The notes below the pieces were generated by a model. It saw nothing but the letters and a program-made list of their open reading frames with translations. It was not told where the DNA came from and made no database searches. Position numbers and translations under genes: made by a program. A stretch of 64,000 nucleotides of DNA from a candidate division FCPU426 bacterium (GTDB lineage: Bacteria; Oederibacteriota; Muellerivitia; Muellerivitales; Muellerivitaceae): contig CAWHOE010000053.1 in assembly GCA_963830915.1 (NCBI GenBank), positions 100,666 through 164,665 on the forward strand, given 5' to 3'. How positions within the stretch are numbered: position 1 is the stretch's first letter; each line of letters begins with the position of its first letter. Positions 58,828 through 64,000 of this stretch are shown here, one piece after another.

Positions 58828-61185
58828 ATGATAAAATATTTTTTCCGTTCACACAGGAGAAATGTCTTGTTCAACCCGAGGGTCCTCACACGAATTTCGG
58901 ATATCACCTTGGTTTTGGCCGTTTTTTTCATGCCCCTTTTATTTTTCATCGACGCTCATGACCAATTCGAGCTTCCCAAGCTGACCTTCCTCGCGCTATT
59001 GGTCATTCCCCGCTTGCTACTGACCCTCTCGCGAAAGGACCAATCCTACCCATTGCTCTTTCTTTTGCTTTTATTGGTCCTGGTCCAGGCCCTTGCAAGT
59101 TCCCCCTGGGTCAGTTCCAGTTGGAAAACCAGTCTGCTGGGAGATTACGATAATTTTTCAGGCCTGGTCACCCTGCTTCTCTACTTCTTTTGGTTCATCA
59201 CATTGGACCTCAATGAAAGGCTCGTGGAAAAAACGATGTTTTTTTCCCTGCTCTCCGGTTTTTTTCTTTCGGTCTACGCCGTTTTCCAGCACTTCGGGAT
59301 CGATTTCATTCAATGGAACCCCGATACCATCAATTCCGCCCGGGAATTCGGCTCCCTGGGTAACCCCAATTTTTTGGCGGCTTATTTGGCCATGGTCATA
59401 CCTTTTGGCCTTTACCAGACCATAAAGAATCCGCCCCCAACCTTGGGTCCCCCAGCCTCCTCCCGTTTGTTTCCCTGGTTCTTTTTTCTGCTAGGCTTGG
59501 GGCTCTTGGTCCTTTCCTCAGCCTGGATCACCCATCGGTTCCAAGTCAGCGACGATTCTTTCTTCCCGCTCTTCCTGCGGGCGTTAGGATTGGCGCTTTT
59601 ATCCATCGGTTTTGTTAAGATCAGCCTACGCCCATCCCTTTGGATCTCCTTCCTGACCCTTTTGACCCTTCTGTTCGGCCTATCCAGCACCGCCAGCCGG
59701 GGCGGTTTCCTGGCGGCGTTGGTTGGGGTCCTTTTGTTCCTTTGGCTCATCACCCGCGAGAAGGAAAAGATGGCCGAGCTGGCCGCGAGGTTCCGGAATA
59801 TCCTGGATTGGAAATGGGGCACGGCCCTTCTGCTGGTATTGCTTTGTCTTGGCTACTTTTCATTCCCTTTCCTAGTGCGTTTGGCCCACTCCACCGCTCA
59901 CACAGGCGAGAGTCTGGCCACTTCCAGGCTCCACATCTGGCGTCCGGCTCTCAAGATGGTCGAAGCCAAGCCTTGGCTGGGCGTGGGATTGGACACCTTC
60001 AAGATCGCCTTCCCTTTTTATAGCGGAATCGAGTTCAACCATATCGACGGTATGTTCATGAGTTCCCGCACAGCGCACAACGAGCTCCTTCAAATGGCCG
60101 CCACGACCGGCCTGGTCGGATTGGCGGCCTATCTTTCGGTCATCGGGGGGTTCTTTACCCTATGGCTCCTGGCCTTTCGACGCTCCGGATCCAAGACCCG
60201 TCTTCTTTTGGCCGCCATCCTGGCCTCGGCCGCCGCTTATCACGTCCAGAACCTTTTCAGTTTCGATGTGGCGGCCATCTCCTTTCTCTGGTTCGTCCTG
60301 CTGGCCATGGTCGGATCCCTGGGGCTGAAGCCCTCGAGGTCTTCCCCATTCCTCCATTGGGTTCTGGCCCTCCTGATGGTCCTGTTCCTCGTTTACGCCC
60401 TCATATTTCCCCTCCAGCGGTTGGGCGCGGACATCGCTTTCGCCAAAGCCTCCTCCATCTCCGAGTTCCTGAAGAAACCCGATCCGGACGCGGCCCTATC
60501 CGGATTGATGTATTATTCGGAAGTGGGCATCGGCGATATGGAGAAGGCTGTTCGCCTTTGTCCCTGGGATGTCAAATACCGTCTCTATGAAGGGTTGTCG
60601 TTCGAACAAAGGGCTCCCCTCGACAAGGACCACGCGAAAGAATGTTTGACCCGGGCGCTCCAGAGCTACCAAACCGCGGCCCAGATGAGCCCGGCCAACG
60701 CCTATTATTTCAACGACCAAGGGCGGGTCTGTCAGTCCTTGATGGCTTTCGACCCCAGCTACCTTCCCCTGGCCGAGCGTGCCTACCGAAACGCCGTCCT
60801 TTTAGCGCCGGCCAGTCCCTTCTTCATCGTCAACCACGCCCTGGTTTTGGGCGAGCTGGGGCGGACCGATGAGTCGAAAAAAATCCTGGATATGGCCTTC
60901 GCCCTGGATCCGAACTTCACTTCCAATGTCCTGGACCAGATGGCCGTGGATCATTTTCAAAAAGGGGATAAAGAGAAGGCCTACGATTTTTTATCCCAAT
61001 CCATCCAGGGCAACACGGCCAATGCCGTATCCTATTATTACCGAGGTCTATTGCTGTTGTTGGATAAGAGGAAAAAAGCGGCGTTGGAGGACCTGTTGAA
61101 TGCCCAGCGGTTAAGGACCGGCGAGCCGGCCCAGGACAGGATCATCCAGAACCTGGACGATTTCATCCATCAGGCTAAAAGCTGA
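58828..61185 (+). CDS. O-antigen ligase family membrane protein with C-terminal TPRs
   Basis: FELPKL, GSLGNPNFLAAYL, TASRGG, SRLHIW, GVGLDTF, AHNELLQMAATTGLVGL; helical TPR-like tail. Start uncertain. Confidence 0.88.
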   Translation: MIKYFFRSHRRNVLFNPRVLTRISDITLVLAVFFMPLLFFIDAHDQFELPKLTFLALLVIPRLLLTLSRKDQSYPLLFLLLLLVLVQALASSPWVSSSWKTSLLGDYDNFSGLVTLLLYFFWFITLDLNERLVEKTMFFSLLSGFFLSVYAVFQHFGIDFIQWNPDTINSAREFGSLGNPNFLAAYLAMVIPFGLYQTIKNPPPTLGPPASSRLFPWFFFLLGLGLLVLSSAWITHRFQVSDDSFFPLFLRALGLALLSIGFVKISLRPSLWISFLTLLTLLFGLSSTASRGGFLAALVGVLLFLWLITREKEKMAELAARFRNILDWKWGTALLLVLLCLGYFSFPFLVRLAHSTAHTGESLATSRLHIWRPALKMVEAKPWLGVGLDTFKIAFPFYSGIEFNHIDGMFMSSRTAHNELLQMAATTGLVGLAAYLSVIGGFFTLWLLAFRRSGSKTRLLLAAILASAAAYHVQNLFSFDVAAISFLWFVLLAMVGSLGLKPSRSSPFLHWVLALLMVLFLVYALIFPLQRLGADIAFAKASSISEFLKKPDPDAALSGLMYYSEVGIGDMEKAVRLCPWDVKYRLYEGLSFEQRAPLDKDHAKECLTRALQSYQTAAQMSPANAYYFNDQGRVCQSLMAFDPSYLPLAERAYRNAVLLAPASPFFIVNHALVLGELGRTDESKKILDMAFALDPNFTSNVLDQMAVDHFQKGDKEKAYDFLSQSIQGNTANAVSYYYRGLLLLLDKRKKAALEDLLNAQRLRTGEPAQDRIIQNLDDFIHQAKS

Positions 61186-61212
61186 GGATCAAAAGGACGA
61201 TCCTCCCCTCCG

Positions 61213-61830
61213 CTAATCTTGGGTAACTCGCTTGGAGTGGGTCGCGTCCACAGCCTGCTTGATCTCCCGTAGGTCCTGCGCCAACCGTTTGACCAGATCC
61301 GGATCCGGCTCGGTTTTCCGCAATTCGTTCTCCAACTCCATCCATTTGTTGTGCAAAGGGTATGATTTCCGGACGATCTTGAAGAATTTATCCAGATCCG
61401 GATGGATCTGTCCATATTGCAGGGCAACGAAATTCAGGGCGATGGCGTAGGCCAGATCCACATGATCGGATTTGATCCCCGGGTTCTTCTCCACGTACCG
61501 ATTGAAATGCCGAACACCATTCAGATATACGGTCTGGGCCTTGAGGTTATCCTTGGGATGGTAATACCGTCCAACCAGGTAATAGACCTGGGGGTCGAAA
61601 TGATCGGCGCCGGCCAGTTCCTCATAAAGGCCCAGGGCTTCCATAAGATGTTCGTCTGGAATGCCGTCCAGGGCGAAATGGTTCTCCAGGCAAAACTTGA
61701 CCAGTTGGGCCCGCAAAGCCTCGTCTTCAGGGTTCCTTTTGATGGCCTTTTGGTAATTCCTGTACTGGGCCAAATAGGGGGTATCTTTTTTCCCCTTCAG
61801 TGGCAGGAAAATTTCACTCAAGAAATCCAT
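61213..61830 (-). CDS. hypothetical helical (TPR-like) protein
   Basis: 205-aa ORF with GAGG RBS; YQKAIKRNPED, VYYLVGRYY. Confidence 0.7.
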   Translation of the reverse strand: MDFLSEIFLPLKGKKDTPYLAQYRNYQKAIKRNPEDEALRAQLVKFCLENHFALDGIPDEHLMEALGLYEELAGADHFDPQVYYLVGRYYHPKDNLKAQTVYLNGVRHFNRYVEKNPGIKSDHVDLAYAIALNFVALQYGQIHPDLDKFFKIVRKSYPLHNKWMELENELRKTEPDPDLVKRLAQDLREIKQAVDATHSKRVTQD

Positions 61831-61901
61831 AGGATCGATACCTCGTTCACGTCAAAAAAGGCCGGTGAAAAACCCGACCTAGTCGGCCCAGCGAGCTTGC
61901 G

Positions 61902-62192
61902 TCAGAGCTCCTTGGAACCGCCCCAGGGTTCTCCCTGACTGCGGGTCACGAGAAAAATATATACTTGATGTCCGATATAGATCTTCTCATCGATGGTCAC
62001 TTCACGGCGTAGATGAGCTCCGATGCTAAGCGCGCACAGTTCCAACATCCTGTTGAAGAACAGGACATTCAAACTGTTTTCGATACGATTCAGGTTCAGT
62101 TCTTTCTGAACGGTAAAAACTGCCCTATTCATGGCATCTTGGGTTAGGCATTTGGTTTCAAGGATATGGTCCATATCGTCTAGAATTCGCAT
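61902..62192 (-). CDS. hypothetical protein
   Basis: 96-aa ORF with AGGGG RBS, co-oriented with neighbours. Confidence 0.55.
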   Translation of the reverse strand: MRILDDMDHILETKCLTQDAMNRAVFTVQKELNLNRIENSLNVLFFNRMLELCALSIGAHLRREVTIDEKIYIGHQVYIFLVTRSQGEPWGGSKEL

Positions 62193-62412
62193 GGTTGAGT
62201 GCCCCTAAAAACATTTTCCATCATTACTTTCAGGGACAATTCTCTAGAAAATCGGGGGTTTTGAATTATACGAAAGGTATATTTTCAAAAATTTTTAGTG
62301 GATGAAATGAAAAGATTATCACGGGTCAGGAAAACCAAAGGTGCGATTATTAAGACCCGGTTTAATTTGTCGATTTATTTTCCGATTCAGAATAAGAATA
62401 CTTGGATAGTTT

Positions 62413-63379
62413 TCAGTGTTTGGGCTCGGCTGGCCAAAGTTCCTCGGTGTGTTCGCGGATATTTTTCAGAAGGTAGCGGCGCTTTTGCTTCATTTTTCCT
62501 TTTTCCTCGATCCCTCTCGTCGCTTCCGCCAGGATCTCCGGGTCCACCGCTTCCACCTTGTCATAGACCGAGCGCCAGCGCTTCTTGACGGTAATGAGTG
62601 AAACGCCTAGGGCCTCCGCGATCTCCTCGTCAGTCTCCTCCGCCAGGGCTCGTTTGAGGATTCTCCTGCTCCGCGCTGTTGAAACCGAAACGCGGGGGAC
62701 CCATGAAGGCGATGGCGGCGGTGGTTGTGCCGGTCTTTTTCCGGGCCGCGTCCGAGGTCACCCCCACCAGGAAGGGATAGTTCTTTTCGTCGGTCTTGGG
62801 CAGGTACTTGGTTCCCACGAATTCCTTATAGTCGCGGTAGATGTCGCACCCCATATTGAGGATCATGTCCCGTTCCTTCGCCTCGTAGATCTCCTCGGCG
62901 AAATCCTTGAGGCGGTAACTCCTCAACAAGGTGACGAAGGATTGGATATGGAATTGCCTGATCTTTCCGAAGCCTTCCGGATTGTACCTTCGACCGTCCC
63001 ATCCCACATGCAGGACCAACGCGTTCAAACCTCCCGCCTGCTGGGCCTTGAGAGCTTCTTCCTTTTTCAGGAATGGACGCGCGCCTTTCTTCCATTTATC
63101 CAGCACTTGCAGAGGAAGGAAAGGGGGAAGGACCGTCTTGGCCTGGTTCATGAATTGGTCGGTGACGAAGATGGTGATTCCGATGCCCACATGCCTTTGG
63201 CCGACCGGTTGGTCCCGGTCCTCGATCACATGGGAAATACAGCCTCCGTCCCCCACGATGGTTTCCCATAGCGCGAGGATATCCTTCTTCATGCTATCGT
63301 CGTAATGGTAGCGGTCGCTTATGAAGGGATAACTGGGTTCCAGGTCGGCGAGTTCGGTCAGACGAAAGTTCAGGTACAT
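62413..63379 (-). pseudogene. LuxR-like HTH regulator with unusual N-terminal domain, split by a 1-base insertion
   Basis: Removing one base near 62661-62666 joins PPRFGFNSAEQ to ILKRALAEETDEEIAEALGVSLITVKKRWRSVYDKV...KRRYLLKNIREHTEELWP, stop at 62413. Confidence 0.75.
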
Positions 63380-63495
63380 GGTGCCCTGTCCATTGATATG
63401 GTAACCGCCCCAATAATGAAGCTCGGCGGACTTAACAGGGTTATTTTATCGTGGTTTTCCCAATGCGTCTAAGGAGAATTTTTCGAGGATTTGGG

Positions 63496-63837
63496 TCAGG
63501 CATTCCCAGCCGGCGATGAAGCGCCGCTGTTCCGTAACGTCGTCATGATCTCCTTGGCTAACCGCTGATCGGCCTCGCTCATGACTTCTTCCAGGTCCGC
63601 CATGACCCATCCCACGCCAGGTTTTTCCAATTTCCCGGCCAGGGTCCGGGCCTGGCCCAGGATCTCCCGGCTCCAGGGGCCGCAATATTTGGACGCGTTC
63701 TCCGCCCATTTCAGGAAGAACTTGGCCCATTCTCCCGGCTCATTGTCAGGATCTTGTTGGCTCATCTCAAAGTGCGTTCTCAGGACATAAAGACCTTGTT
63801 CCAGGTCCAGGTAAAAGCTGTTGCGGTCGTAGGACAT
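63496..63837 (-). CDS. hypothetical protein
   Basis: 113-aa ORF, AGGAG RBS. Confidence 0.6.
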   Translation of the reverse strand: MSYDRNSFYLDLEQGLYVLRTHFEMSQQDPDNEPGEWAKFFLKWAENASKYCGPWSREILGQARTLAGKLEKPGVGWVMADLEEVMSEADQRLAKEIMTTLRNSGASSPAGNA

Positions 63838-63840
63838 CAC

Positions 63841-64000
63841 CTATCTCCTTGAATTCAATTTTGCCAGGCTGGAAAAGGTATCGTGGTCGGAAGCTTCCAA
63901 CAATTCCCTCATCGTGGCGGATATCTCCTCGGCCGATGAAGGCTTCTGCAGAAGCCTCACCTTCCCGCATCCTTTAAGCTCTTCCCGAAGCTGGGCGACG
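63841..64000 (-). CDS. C-terminus of probable response-regulator receiver domain (partial)
   Basis: Own translation ...GKVRLLQKPSSAEEISATMRELLEA...*; the KP motif plus final helix is typical of REC domains. Confidence 0.5.
   Translation of the reverse strand, partial: VAQLREELKGCGKVRLLQKPSSAEEISATMRELLEASDHDTFSSLAKLNSRR

Overview
64-kb bacterial chromosomal segment, mostly GC-rich coding DNA with AT-rich intergenic blocks, from a Gram-negative-type organism (TonB system, porins, lipoproteins). Secreted proteins with Thr/Pro linkers suggest a poorly characterised lineage; this is inference only. Contents: a TonB-dependent uptake operon headed by a DUF2946-like CxxC/RAPP leader, carbohydrate enzymes (GH36, GH1, PL14-like, glycosyltransferases), housekeeping genes (clpB, hrpB, orn, two def, HPr, csp, galE, sixA), c-di-GMP genes (three PilZ, one GGDEF), a speE-decarboxylase polyamine operon and three tandem low-GC lipoprotein paralogs. 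I saw no rRNA, tRNA, CRISPR array, transposase or prophage. The most unusual signal is non-coding. Intergenic regions hold several palindromic repeat families nested inside one another, including a 52-74 bp double-hairpin mini-element (TGCYG...GTATAGT...) found three times at a duplicated CA inside other repeats. There are also two related arrays of 42-bp repeats. The speE operon has a structured leader with a translationally coupled 29-aa uORF. Two single-base frameshifts (galE, an HTH regulator) may be assembly errors. All calls are by eye from motifs; no database searches were run.
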